From: Octopus bimaculoides
Lineage: Eukaryota
Assembly (NCBI RefSeq): GCF_001194135.2
Contig: NC_068981.1
Location: 140,881,915 to 140,942,341 of the forward strand
Length of the DNA stretch: 60,427 nt
Reading direction: 5' to 3'
Position 1 is the stretch's first letter, and every line of letters begins with the position of its first letter. Position numbers and translations under genes: made by a program. Of the stretch, positions 41,853 to 54,900 are shown piece by piece. Below the pieces are notes generated by a model. The model had not been told where the DNA came from. It was given only the letters and a program-made list of their open reading frames with translations, and ran no database searches.

Positions 41853-42345
41853 AATAGAATAGAACATCATTATATGAGTCATAAAATGTATAACATTTAA
41901 ATTGTGAAAGTTCAGTTCAACACTATTCAGTCGCTTAATTCATTGTGCCTTTGTAAGTGCATAAAAGTACATAGAATATATCTTTAGCGTGTTTTAGTCA
42001 CATATACAAAATATACGTAGTAGATTTGTGCATGTAATACATTTGTGTGTCTATATATAGTATATGTGTATGTACACTCCGCACAAGGACAAACACACAC
42101 ACAGATGCATGCATATATATATATATATATATATATGCATATAATTCGATTAGAGGTCGTGATAATGTCATGAGGGGATGGTTTCATCCAAGGAAATACT
42201 GATTCAATACCTAGTATTTTGGGTGGATTAATTTTCCTAAAATAATATTTATATATATGTATATATATATATATATATACATATACATTTACATATACAT
42301 ATATATATATATATATGTTTTTGTGTAGATATATATGTATGTATA

Positions 42346-42660
42346 CGGTAAAGGCCTTCATCGGTGATGAATGATCCTGGGATTTCACCAAGAAAGTTAT
42401 CTTCCGAGGCACAAGTCCGGGCAAGGTCGTCTTAGGGGAGACCATCAGTTGCACATGCATACCGGCCTCTTTTCTCCGCGCCACCGATGTTGTCCAACGG
42501 AAAGACAAAGGCCAATGCTGCTTGGCACCATTAACGTTGCAACTCATTTCTACAGCAACGTGAAATAAAATGTCTTGCTCAAGAACACAATACACAACCC
42601 AGTCCGGAAATCGAACTCGTTAGCTCGTGATTATGAGCCCGACATTCCAACCGTTGAGCA
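42346..42660 (-). mobile_element. SINE family 3, near full length, tRNA-derived head
   Basis: Head CTCAACGGTTGGAATGTCGGGCTCATAATCACGAG..GAGTTCGATTTCCGG, then TGTGTTCTTGAGCAAGACA (CORE-like), with a distinct tail CCTTGCCCGGACTTGTGCCTCGG. Confidence 0.8.
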
Positions 42661-43439
42661 GATAATGTATCCTAAACAACACCGATTTCGACTTTTATGA
42701 CTGTATGTATTTATAGACATCGGGATTAAATAGGGCATCAAGTTTATCTGTAAAATACTTATGTGAACTGCCAGAGCGTAGTTTCTTTTCAATTGATATC
42801 TTCATTCAGTTTTCTACTCGTAGTGAGGAAATTAGCATATATAACACGTTCACGAAGGTCAGTAATAGATATAAATATGAAACGAAGCATTTATAGGACA
42901 CTGGTGATCTCTCCCCCTCCATCTTTCTCCTTCCATTTCTTTCTCCCTCTCTCTGCCTGTTTTCTCACTCAACCTGACAATGATGCAATGATGGCATCCG
43001 TTAACACCAGCTTTAGAATGAAAGTCTATATGTATGCTGTAAAAATAATTTCTACCTGCCAGAGCCAAGGATCCCTACATAGAAATGAAATATACATTCA
43101 CAGCATCTGCACAGAGACAGTTGTTAGCGACAACACGATGTTAATGAGAAACTGTTACACAACCTCTTTCAGAAAGTAATATCTTGATAATGCAAAGACG
43201 AAGTTTCACAACTCTGATAACAATATTAAAGCTAGAAGAAATTCATGACGCGTGGGACTGATTCAGTATACATTTAGCATACATATGAACTTCTTTTAAA
43301 AACTTCCACTCTCTAGATCACATAAATGCCCCATAAACATTATGAACCTCACTTTAGAGACCAATATATTACAACCATTAATTTGTAATAGCATAAGTGG
43401 TCTTACATAGGCAACGACTTTCGCAAACTGAACAACTAC

Positions 43440-43879
43440 ATTAAAATGAATATTCACATATATGATTCGTTAGGATTGGCTTAACGGACCCATACGCTGG
43501 TGACGCTCGTAGCAGGTCTACGAGATTGCTCATTGTCTTCCAGGGAAGTTCTTCCGCTTTTGAAGTGTCCATGCCACTCTGAATATTGCGTACAACCCAT
43601 CCCCTTATCACCGTAAGCTTGTCGTAGCATGCTCAATGTCACTTTAGCAGACGCAAAATTTCACATTCGCTCTTTGCTCCTGTTCATGACAAAATCGCAG
43701 ACTACCGCATGCACGTGATCAAACAGAAATTTCACGACTTGCGAAGTAAACACAGCGATGTCACTAGTCACACTACCTCTTGAAGTTCATTGCTTGCTTT
43801 CGCTGCGCACGTAACCGTATGCTGCTATCTGTTGGAGTGTTACAGAATTACACCAGGAACTTTCTGATACCACCTCGTA
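43440..43879 (-). mobile_element. Mariner 5' end (TIR and HTH region), 3'-truncated
   Basis: TA-CGAGGTGGTATCAGAAAGTTCC terminus. TLSMLRQAYGDKGMGCTQYSEWHGHFKSGRTSLED..SRRP matches the mariner N-terminal HTH. Confidence 0.85.
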
Positions 43880-44289
43880 TGTCAGGAATCATATTATGAC
43901 GTGAAGACGGTTGCTATTATGGAGGAGATATTACAAAATTTATAAATTAATGAATATCAAGTTGAAAATTCCGCATTTATAAAAAACACGAGCGCAAATA
44001 GACAGAGTACCTATTTAACAAAGCATTCCAACACCGGCTTAATTCTTTTCCATGGAGCATAGATTTTGAAATTTACTGTTTCCTGGCGCAGCTATTGTAT
44101 ACAATGCATTTGTTTTCTTCCCAAAAGATCTTTAATTCTGAAATAATGAAATGCAAGAAAGTACTATAAGCTCAATTGGTACTTATTACAATTTAGCTTA
44201 GCTTCTGGTATGCAGTTGAAGTGAAATAATTCTGTTTTAGGGTTAGGATTTGGTGCAAACATGTCTTGGGGACCAAGACATAGGTGAAT

Positions 44290-44860
44290 TTTAAAGTAGT
44301 GGCAACATCATTTGGCAGTGTTGCTGGAATATTTTCTAATTCATAGAAGTGATATATCACTTACAGCAACGTTAGAGAGAATGAAGTTTGAATTTTTCGA
44401 CATGGTCCTAACAATCAAGAGCTGTCATGAGTCTATTTTCCTTGAGGTCGATCTCTGGGTTGCTTCAAATTTTGTAATATACGGTCTCCGGTAGGAAGAA
44501 TAGAGCGGAACACAGTATTTAACTTCAGAACGGCCTAGGTTTCGAAGAGAATGATAATAATAGGAGTGACACTACACCAATAAATCCCGGGGTACTAGGA
44601 GAAAGTCTTGCGACTCATGTCAACTTTGTTCTTTATGTTGGCCCTCCGGATTAAGTTGTCGACAGGTACTCCGAGGTCCCCAGTGGAGGTAGGTTTTCCC
44701 CGAAGGGAAGAGTGTTTGGTAGCTGATGTGCAACATCTTTACGCACCTGTATTACTTCAAATCTATCCTTCTTTAACTGAATATTTTGTTTTTCAACACA
44801 TCGCATAACAGCGAGCAGATCCGATAGGAGATACGTCTGGTCCCCTGCACTGCCGATGAC
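44290..44860 (-). mobile_element. CR1-like LINE, post-RT fragment
   Basis: GDLGVPVDN and KYCVPLYSSYRRPYITKFEATQRSTSRKI match DLGV and EYCxxxWSP...LExVQRxFTRxI. Confidence 0.7.
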
Positions 44861-44999
44861 CTTCAGAAAATTTTAATGCTACTGTTTTTGATGATGTCAA
44901 TGATGTCATTAATGCAACTAATGAAAAGAGGTGGGACACACCTCTGGTAGGATGAATTTCACAGCAGTACTTTCAAAGTTTCGGTGTCTACGAAGTTGA

Positions 45000-45490
45000 T
45001 TATCTGGTGGTAGGGGAGGATATATCTTGGAAATCCGCTGGCCCAATGGTTTCCTTTCGTGGCAGAATTAATAGTCAAGACTATTTAAGCATTTTATCTG
45101 ACCAAATTCATTGTATGTTTGCGGTACTGTTTCCGGAGAGAAACGCAATCTTTCAGGATGATAATGCACCAATTCACACAGCTAAAGTTGTTACTGAATC
45201 GCACGAAGGACATTCTATTGAAGTTGAATATATTACCTGGTCACCACAGTGCCTAGATCTCAATATTACCGAATAGTTATGATGCATTTTAGAAAAACAA
45301 GTAAAGAGTCGATATCTTCCACAATCATCACTTACAAGAAATGAAGATAGTCTTAGGTGAAGAATGGTCAAAAAGTTCCTTTGGAAACGATTCAAACTTT
45401 GTACGAGGCCATACCTCGTAGAATTCAAGCTGTAATTACTGCCAAAGTGGTCCTACCCCGTATGAAAATAATTTGTCCAACTCCTATTTA
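45000..45490 (+). mobile_element. Tc1-like transposase catalytic-domain relic
   Basis: ISWKSAGPMVSFRGRINSQDYLSIL...IFQDDNAPIHTAK...WSPQCLDLNITE, with 36 residues between D and E. Confidence 0.88.
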
Positions 45491-46069
45491 TATGGATATA
45501 CATTGATACACACATATACGCAAAGCTCCACGGACACAGACACATACACATCCATATATGTATACAATTAATAAGAGTTCTTTCTCTTCCAATATTGTTT
45601 CTACGAATGTTTACTGAAAAATAATTGACATTTGTTTGAGAATGTTACACTCAAATTCCATTAAGCATATTTTTTCATATCTTTGGTATTTTCATGATAT
45701 AATACTTTCTCCCGTCATTATTAATAGCATTACACTCTTCCCGAATTATAATATCATTGATTTAAAGCATTAATCACTAATGAATCACGCATAATATTTG
45801 TAACGTCTTCAAAAATAACATTAAATATGAAATATTTCACTTTAAGTGTTTTTCTTTTGTTTTAACTACTTTACTTAACATTTGGAAATGAAATTTGTAA
45901 TTTCCAACTTATTAAAAAAACTCTTTTGATGTTGTAACTTATATCGATTACCGCTATATATATTTCCGTATCGTAACAACCCTGTTATCGCTATATATTT
46001 TTATCTTTACTATACAAGAAAACGCTGAAAATGTGTTCGAGTGTTGAATGTTGAAGCACCTCATATATA

Positions 46070-46154
46070 CGAGGGGTGTATGAAAAGTCTTAAGCATAAA
46101 AAAAAGAAACATGGTGCGAAACTTCAAGGCTCAAAACTTTTCATACACCCCTCG
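46070..46154. mobile_element. 85-bp mariner-type mini-MITE
   Basis: Perfect 19-bp TIRs CGAGGGGTGTATGAAAAGT / ACTTTTCATACACCCCTCG, with TA on the left and TG on the right. Confidence 0.85.
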
Positions 46155-47339
46155 TGTGCATATATATNNNNNNNNNNAATCACCTGTCTAGCATATCTCA
46201 GATGCATGTGGAAAGTCAATATTTTCCATCACATTTAGATATTTATAATATTTCAAAGAAATGACAGAAACACGAATCCCAAAGTTTATCATCTTATAGA
46301 GCGTCTCATCACGTTATAACATCTTGAAAGATTCAATAAAACTAAAAATATTGTCTTTAAATAATATTCATTATTTCACTAAAAGTTTGTCATGGAATTC
46401 AAGGTTAAAGTGAGAAAGTGGTGGTTTTATTTTGCAATTTTGTATCTCAGGTAAGATGATTTTCATAGTACCTTAAGGAATCTAGACAAATAAGACAGTA
46501 TTATGTCAAAATAATATTTTTCTGCGACTCTCTAAGTATGTGACACAGTGTTTCCAATATGCGATAAATTAAACATCATCAATTCAACCTTCATCTCGAG
46601 AAAGCGAATGACATGGGTTTAGAATTTCTATGTGTCAGGTGTAAAAGCATGTGCCTAAAATTGTCAGAATTTTTCACTGACAGCACAAAGAAAAAAAAGT
46701 TAAAAGGGAAGTGAATATGAATTGAACTTTCTGCAAGTCACAGTAACATTCTCTTGCACAAATATGTGTTGCCAGTTCTCTGCAATCCCTATGATGTTAC
46801 TCTCTGCAATTTCGAAATTATCTTTTGAATTTCTGAAGGAAATGATAGATTCAAATCACCGCATTGGTTCTGTTGAAAGGGATTGCAGTCTCATGAGAAT
46901 TTCTCTTTAGAAATCTCACTTTTAACAAATACTTCTTTTTTTTTTTTAATTCCCCTTCGCTGGAGTGAAATTAGCCTTTTACTTTCTTCCTGAATCGATG
47001 AAATTAATAGTTATTGAAGTACTTCAGCAATTGGGCGTGATTTGCTCATTCTTGGTATCGGATTTTCGCCCACACTCAGCAATACACCACTGTTATCTGA
47101 GCCCTTGCAACCAAAACCACAGCTAGGATACCAGAATTTCTTCTACTCTCTGCCTAAATATCTTCAGGAATGATTTCCCTTGTTTCAGGCGTGTCTCCTT
47201 GTTGATTAGTGAGAGCGAAGTGCATTTGTTTTTACTTTGCCACCCTTACATTTCCTGTCACCTCAGGCACTTCATATGTTGTCGTTATAATTGTTATTGT
47301 TGATACTGCTGCTGAGTAGTTAGTAAACAATAAACAAGA

Positions 47340-48030
47340 TCTGCTACAGTAAACAGGAAGACTTGCTAACAACGGACTTGAGAATGCTCATAAATTCCGA
47401 ACACGAATAGTCAACGATAGAGAAGAAAGACTATTCAGTATGGCATTACAAGGTCAGTTCCACCCCAGAAAATAATGACTTAAAGCACTTGGAAGTACCA
47501 TGGGTGTGGCTCGGCAAGAGCAATCTTAAAAAGATAACTGGCAGTTTAATTACCACTGACCAGGACCAGGAATTTGAATATCAACTCAGTGAAAAGGTAT
47601 ATATACCACACAACTGCAACGAACCACTGCAGAATGTGTGGCAAGGAGATCGAATGTGAGATTCACATTGTTAGTGTTCGTGAAAGTCTTGCGCAGAAAG
47701 AATACAAGCGTATCCATGACTAGGTAACCCAAAACTTAACTGACTTCTATGCCGGAAGTATTCATACGAGTTACGAGTGCTTGGTATCAACATACACCGG
47801 GGAAGTAACTGACGAAAACATGAAGTCTTTTACTTCCAGAGAGACAAGGAGTTAGAACACCGAAGACAACCTGTATATTAGCCTTTAGGAGGGCCAACCA
47901 GAATGCCTAATAACCAACGTGGCAATGTCAGGAGACCAACATATCATGAAACAAAGAGATAAGGTCGACAAATATGGGGACTTCAAATCTGTGATCACCA
48001 CGATGTGGACGCTGCGAGAGTAAAGCATAA
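47340..48030 (+). mobile_element. R4/Dong-like fragment (Zn knuckle and REL), degenerate
   Basis: RLFSMALQGQF, WVWLGKSNLKK, CRMCGKEIECEIHIVS..LAQKEYKRIHD and CLITNVAMSGDQHI..KVDKYGDFK. Confidence 0.8.
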
Positions 48031-48167
48031 TATTTTTCTTGTAAATTACAGGAGAAGGTGGTCGGCGGGCACCACTTGTCTCTCCCATTTTATCATTTAA
48101 TTTTATTATCCTTCATCTCATAATGTTTCTTTTGTGTAATGCCCTTATGGCAAATTATATGAAAGAA

Positions 48168-48585
48168 AGAAGCTTGTGTCCCAACTACATGGTTCTAGGT
48201 TTAGTCTCACTGCGTGGTACCTTGGGCAAGTGTCTTCTACTTCTTCTACTATAGTCTTGCGCCAACCGAAGCCTTGTGATTGGATTTGGATGACGGAAAC
48301 TGAAAGAGGCACGTTGTATGTATATATATGTATATGTATATATATATATATGTATATATATGTATATGTATATATATGTATATGTATATATATGTGCTTG
48401 TCTCCCCACCCAACATTGCTTGACAATCGATGTTGGTGTGTTTACGTCCCCGTAACTTAGCGGTTCAGCAAAAAAGACCGATAGAATATGTACTAGGTAT
48501 ACAAAGAATAAGACCCGGGGGTGATTTGTTCGACTAAAGGCAGTGCTCCAGCATCGCCGCAGTCAAATGACCAAAACAATTTAGA
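48168..48585 (+). mobile_element. SINE family 2 (OR2/CORE-like), near full length
   Basis: Aligns along its length to 48743-49160 and has an internal (AT)n. Confidence 0.88.
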
Positions 48586-48742
48586 GAAGAAAATAATATA
48601 TAACTATATAGTGAAGATGGAGTTTACTGGGATTTAGCAATATATTTAACTCGACTCCCAGTCAGCTTTGTCGACATTGTGACTTTTCTCTGGATAAAGG
48701 CATATCATCAGTAAATGTTTCACTGTTACGTTTTAAAATATA

Positions 48743-48912
48743 GGCGCAGGAGCGGCTGTGTGGTAAGTAGCTTGCTTAACAACCACATGGTTCCGAGTTC
48801 AGTGTCACTGCGTGGTACATTGGGCAAGTGTCTTCTACTATAGCCTTGGGTCGACCAAAGCCTTCTGAGTGGATTTGGTCGACGGAAACTGAAAGAAGCC
48901 TGTCGCATATAT

Positions 48913-48969
<57 letters not shown>

Positions 48970-49160
48970 AGTGTGTGTGTGTGTCCAACATCGCTTAATG
49001 CTAGTGTGTTTACGCCCCCGTAATATAGCGGTTCGGCAAAATTGACCGATAGAATAAGTACTAGGCTTACAAAGAATAAGTCCTGGGGGTCGATTTGCTC
49101 GACTAAAGGCCGTGCTCCAGCATGGCCGCAGTCATATGACTGAAACAAGTAAAAGAGTGA
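48743..49160 (+). mobile_element. SINE family 2 (OR2/CORE-like), full length
   Basis: tRNA-like head GGCGCAGGAGCGGCTGTGTGGT...GAGTTCAGTG, CORE-like TTGGGCAAGTGTCTT, internal microsatellite and tail CCAGCATGGCCGCAGTC..ACTGAAAC. Confidence 0.9.
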
Positions 49161-49164
49161 AACT

Positions 49165-49740
49165 ATACGCACAGGGCCTGAAATTTTGGTGAAGGGTACA
49201 AGGCGATTATATTAATCTTAGTAATTATTTTATTGACCCCGAAAAGATGACAGTCAGAGTCGACTTCAGCAGAATTTGAAATTAGACCGTAAAAATCCGG
49301 AAAATATGTCATCAATATTCTAACGATTAAGCTATCACTCTACTTTAATCATAACCATGTTTTTAATTCTGAAATCGAGGTGTTTAATAAACCAATACTT
49401 TACTTCATATACCTCGAAAGGATGAAAGCCAAAGTAGTCCTCGGAGTTGTTTAAATTTTAAACATAAAGAAAGGGAAGAGACCTTGCTAATCATTTTGTC
49501 CAACAAGCGAATGATTCTACCAGCCAGCCAGCCAACGTTTTAATTAAGGTTTCAAAATTTCGCATGAAGTCAGCAATTTTACGGGAAGAGAACACCCGAT
49601 TACATTAATCCCTAGTGCTCAACCGCCACTTATTTTATCGACAACGAAGGAGTGGAAAGTAAAGTCAGTTTCGGCGGAATGTGAAGTCACAAAACAAAGA
49701 GCCTGAAGAAATGTTCTAACATCTCTGCCATCTCATAGAA
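49165..49740 (-). mobile_element. Head-to-tail array of three degraded SINE family 1 copies
   Basis: Copies at about 49165-49340, 49360-49540 and 49545-49740, each with a CGAAAGGATGAAAG-like domain. Confidence 0.75.
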
Positions 49741-50636
49741 AGAAGTCCATATAGGAATCGATTATTGGTTTGCAATTAATGTGATAATATTTTACTTTAT
49801 TTTAGTATTGCATTTGTAGCACTTGCCATAAAATTTCACATGTATTCAAAAGACTAAGTTTCAAATATATCTACTCACTAAAAATAATTTCATCGTAATA
49901 ATGCATTTACTAAACGTTCTGGCTTAAACGATGAAAAAGAACGTTATTCTTTTTTTCTCTGTAAAATTCCTTTCAAGTTTAGTTCTTTGGCAAATTTTGA
50001 GTCATTTAATAATTTTAGATTGCGGGGGGGTTATCGAAGCCGATGTCACCCTGCTGCTCAGATACTCTCAATTAAATAGTTGGTACTTTAATATTTGCCA
50101 ATGAAGATGGTGGTATACATAGCTACAGGAGAAACTCTTGACGTTTTATCTCTTGCGCATTTTTCCCTTTATATCTTTTACATATTCCTTATATAGATTT
50201 TTGTGTTGTAGGATAGGAATCAACAGAGTTGCTAGTTAACGGAACACGAACGCTCTATCTCACAAACACACAAACACCCCCCACGCGCGCACACACACAC
50301 ACATACACACACACATGGACTCATATACACACATTTACACACGCATACAAAACACATATATTCACATATATATGAATGTATTTATGTGTCAACATCTGAA
50401 TGTGTTCGTACACAGCAATAATTCTTTTGGTGCCAATGATTGTATGATCGGAAAATGCTGTTGTACCATATGTGACATGAAGAAGGATTGATTTGATAAT
50501 CATAATTTTAAGCTATACACACTTGTAGCAATTCCTACAAATAAACGGACATACACACTCAAACACACACAGACATACACAGCTGCACACAAATACACAC
50601 ATATACGCACATATATGCACATAGATGTCACTCTGA

Positions 50637-50695
<59 letters not shown>

Positions 50696-52423
50696 GATGC
50701 AGAAGATCAAATACCCGATGGTAAAAGTTCAGAAAACAAGAAATTTCTATTGATGTCCAAATCAATTTGCAATAAGTCACGATTTTGCGAAATACATATG
50801 TAAGCTACCATCCTTAGCTAAGTTATCTTGTGCAGGCGAAAATCAATAAAGAATTTCAGTGTCAGATGGTGACAAATATTTCGCTTTGATAAACGTCATT
50901 CGCATGTCGCATAAAGTTTAAAGGTTATAAGTAAATTGCAAATCTGTTTTATAGTATCCTGTTTTTGACATGCGCACAACCCACGCAAACGTCAATTGTA
51001 TATCAATGTACCTCTCGATCATTCAAGAAATATGCAGCATGAGTTTTCGAATATAATATCGTTATAAGAATGTTGTTCCCATTCAGTTTGAACTGTTAGC
51101 CTGAGCACTTTTGGAGCACGTTTTAAATACTCTCCGTTCTTATAAAACAATTCTGTGGATTATAAACACACAAAAGAAGGCACCTGTCGGCTTGAGATGT
51201 GCAAATTTTCTTGAGTAGTGACCCATAAGTGACATGGTTCATCATCAGTCAGGCCTCAACTACTAAAGAAAAAATTCAGGTAAATGTTCGTCAGGAATGC
51301 AAGTAAGAACATCCCGCGTGCCATGCTGCACACCTGCTAGAAATTGCTGCCGCATACCTCCTTAAATCCAAACCTAATTTTTTGTATAAATAAAGCTATT
51401 TTACGTAATATAATTTTAGTAATCCAACATGGATATCCGTCACTATCAATGTTGATTGCTTCGTTTGCTTCACTAACCTCACTTGCTTCGATCGCCTTTT
51501 ATTGATTTAGTGATGGTCAAATAATACTAGTGATCAGGCTCAGAAATATTGGAGACATGAATCCAAGAATACAATTTACTTTCGTCTTCCTTATTCTAAA
51601 AGGCGTTCCCTTCTTTCTTTTCAACTTTTATGTGTCCATGGGAAATATAAACTCATAATCATGTTATCCTATCCCGGTTCCTTAGAATTCATTCACGAAT
51701 AGCTACAGAAATTCAATTCTCCTTGAAAAGAATTTTGAAGCAGCTCATCTTTTCTTGTTTGGAAGGTCTTACATCGTATCCGTTCATTTGGGTAAATGTG
51801 ATATCTGGGAAGCTGATTATCAATTGGACTATCAGTTGGATTATCAGTTGGACATGAATGTGTATTTTTAATGACAGATACATTAGTCTTGGTAATTTTG
51901 TCTTCGCGGGGATGGTTGGCAATTTCTCTCAGCTGCCATCGGAAGTAGGGAGTTTACGTGGTAAATTAAAATTGACATAAAACTCCTACCCTTGATAAAG
52001 TAATCGATGGAAAAATTTTGAATATAGGCTTACCTTCGTCGTATTTCAAATATCATTATGCAGCATGTACATTAAGCTTCATATTAACATGACTTAAAAA
52101 ACTTTCAATACTGAACTGGAAGTAATATATAGAAAAATAATTTGGCAATGGCTTTCTCTCCTGAGTCACAAAAATATATCCGAAACCAGCTGCTAAATAA
52201 AATCTATGAATTCAAAAAGTAGATGAAGGGTTTTTCCATCAAAGCATATAAATGCACAATTAGAAAATGTATGTATATATAATTACTGTAACATATTTCA
52301 GTCGAATGAATTGACCCGCCTACCCATGCTATGGAGTTATTTTGTCGAACAATGAAGTTACGTGAACTCAAACACACTAACACCGATTGTCAAGCGGTGC
52401 TGGGAGACAATGAAAAGTCAAGG

Positions 52424-52424
<1 letters not shown>

Positions 52425-52502
<78 letters not shown>
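52425..52502. repeat. (AC)n microsatellite
   Basis: Directly visible. Confidence 0.97.
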
Positions 52503-52505
<3 letters not shown>

Positions 52506-52850
52506 AAACATAAGTGCGCGTGCGCAAACAAGCAACTCCCCGATTATACACCTGCGTCACTAATTGAATAAACGCACGTATCATACCAATTTCATTCTCT
52601 CACACACAGTGTACATATGTACATATTATAAGACTATAGTGTATTAAGTAACCTGATGAGGTTTCTTCTGCACTGTGGGGTGTATTCGATTGTATTATAT
52701 CGTCCCTATCCATTAGGGATCAATGCAGATGTAAGCCGAAACGATCGTCGTGTAAATAAAAATTACAGTACATTCTGTCTTCCCTATCATCCATTTAAGA
52801 TATACTAAACGTGTACCAAAGAATTCCGTATGAAGATTCGGCGGATCTAT

Positions 52851-52945
52851 GACAATTCGCCGTAAAGCATTTTGCCGTATACAATTAGCCCTAGGACTAT
52901 TCGCCATAAGACAATTTACCGTACGGATATTTCGCTAGAAGGACA
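52851..52945 (+). repeat. Degenerate ~15-bp tandem array, consensus about GACAATTCGCCGTAA
   Basis: Units GACAATTCGCCGTAA, AGCATTTTGCCGTAT, ACAATTAGCCCTAG, GACTATTCGCCATAA, GACAATTTACCGTACG and GATATTTCGCTAGAAG. Confidence 0.7.
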
Positions 52946-53408
52946 TCTTGTAGGAAACATAAGAAGAGAAAAATAAAAAAAAATAAAAAAAGAAGAAGAA
53001 TGATGGTCAGACGCTTTATGTAAAAGTAATCGTTCTAAATTTTATTTAAAACGTTAATCTAGGGACATCTTCTCCAATCTAAACTTTAATATNNNNNNNN
53101 NNNNNNNNNNNNNNNNNNNNNNNNNNNNNNNNNNNNNNNNNNNNNNNNNNNNNNNNNNNNNNNNNNNNNNNNNNNNNNNNNNNNNNNNNNNNNNNNNNNN
53201 NNNNNNNNNNNNNNNNNNNNNNNNNNNNNNNNNNNNNNNNNNNNNNNNNNNNNNNNNNNNNNNNNNNNNNNNNNNNNNNNNNNNNNNNNNNNNNNNNNNN
53301 NNNNNNNNNNNNNNNNNNNNNNNNNNNNNNNNNNNNNNNNNNNNNNNNNNNNNNNNNNNNNNNNNNNNNNNNNNNNNNNNNNNNNNNNNNNNNNNNNNNN
53401 NNNNNNNN

Positions 53409-53461
<53 letters not shown>

Positions 53462-53464
53462 CAT

Positions 53465-53600
53465 ACAACGGGCATCTTTCATTTTCCGCCTACCAAAATC
53501 CACTCACATGGCTCTGGTCGATCTGACGCTATAGCAGAAGACACTTGCCCAAGGTACCATGCAGTGGGATTGAATCTACAATCATCTGGTTGGGAAACAA
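53465..53600 (-). mobile_element. SINE family 2, 5' half
   Basis: GAAGACACTTGCCCAAGGTACCATGCAGTGGGATTGAA is the reverse complement of the head/CORE part. Confidence 0.85.
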
Positions 53601-54354
53601 TGCATGTATATACACAACCAAACACTATATTAGAAATTTTGTAGAATTGCGTGCATTCTTTTTATGTGGGAAAGCGATATCAGTTACATCGAATTTCCAA
53701 CGACATAGCCATAATTTCTAGGCAGATGCAACCTAGTTCTGTGTGCACACGTATTGCTATTTCTATCTATCTATCTATCTAGCTAGCTAGCTGTCTATTT
53801 ATCAATGTATCTTTCTTTCTTTCTATCATTCTTTCTTTTGGTCTGTATGTTTATCTTTGCGTATAATCCTATAGTAGACGCAGATGTGTATGTTCGTATA
53901 TAGGATTATATGTAAGCATATATAATGAGATTTGAGAGGGAGATTTACATATGTTTACATACACGACTGTTCTTATTCGTAGCCGTGTCGTCAGAAATTT
54001 CCGTTTCTATCGCATACTATATTATGTAAACAACATAAGGCGTTGCTAAACTAAGCTTGCTCTGTTAAGTTTCTCAACGTATGTTGCAGTATCAAAAGAA
54101 CACTCTTTTTTAGGAAAGATGATATACAATTATATATTCAATCACTAGAAGTTATAAAACACGAACTTTTATGAAAATAATCATCATTGTTTATTATTAG
54201 AAATGCTACTTGTATTACACATTATTTATAAAATAACTATGCGAGTTCCGCTTTTCTCAACTGGACTACATTGTTTAATATATATATATATATATATATG
54301 GACATACACAAACGCATGTATATAGATAAATATACATATATGTACATACACACA

Positions 54355-54416
<62 letters not shown>

Positions 54417-54844
54417 GTATATACAGAAATGTATATGTGTATGTGTGTATGTATGTATTACGGAATCCTTTGAACAGATGTTGAGAGCAAATAAATAGTC
54501 GATGCTCTGATACGGCGGTTTACTTCAACACGGTCGTAGTTACAAAATATTCAGTTGATAGTGCTACTCCTATCTTCATTCCGTTTCAATAAAACGAGTT
54601 TACAACAGCTGCTGATGCTGTTATTACTGATAAATGCGATTGTCTTTGTGGACAGCAGCGAAAAAGAATCTCAAAACCACCATCACTAAACCACTACCTA
54701 AACGGAGAACACAACCAACATCGTAAAAATCTTGATCATCACAAGTACTGGAGTATGTTAGTAAGTTAATATATTAATTTCTCTACACTGTCAACTGAAG
54801 AACTCATTTTATATAAGTGTTTGTGTGTGTGTATGTGTGTGTTC

Positions 54845-54899
<55 letters not shown>

Positions 54900-54900
<1 letters not shown>

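Noticed and set aside
52851-52945. CRISPR-like periodicity
   Set aside because: No spacers, the units are short and degenerate, the context is eukaryotic and there are no cas genes.
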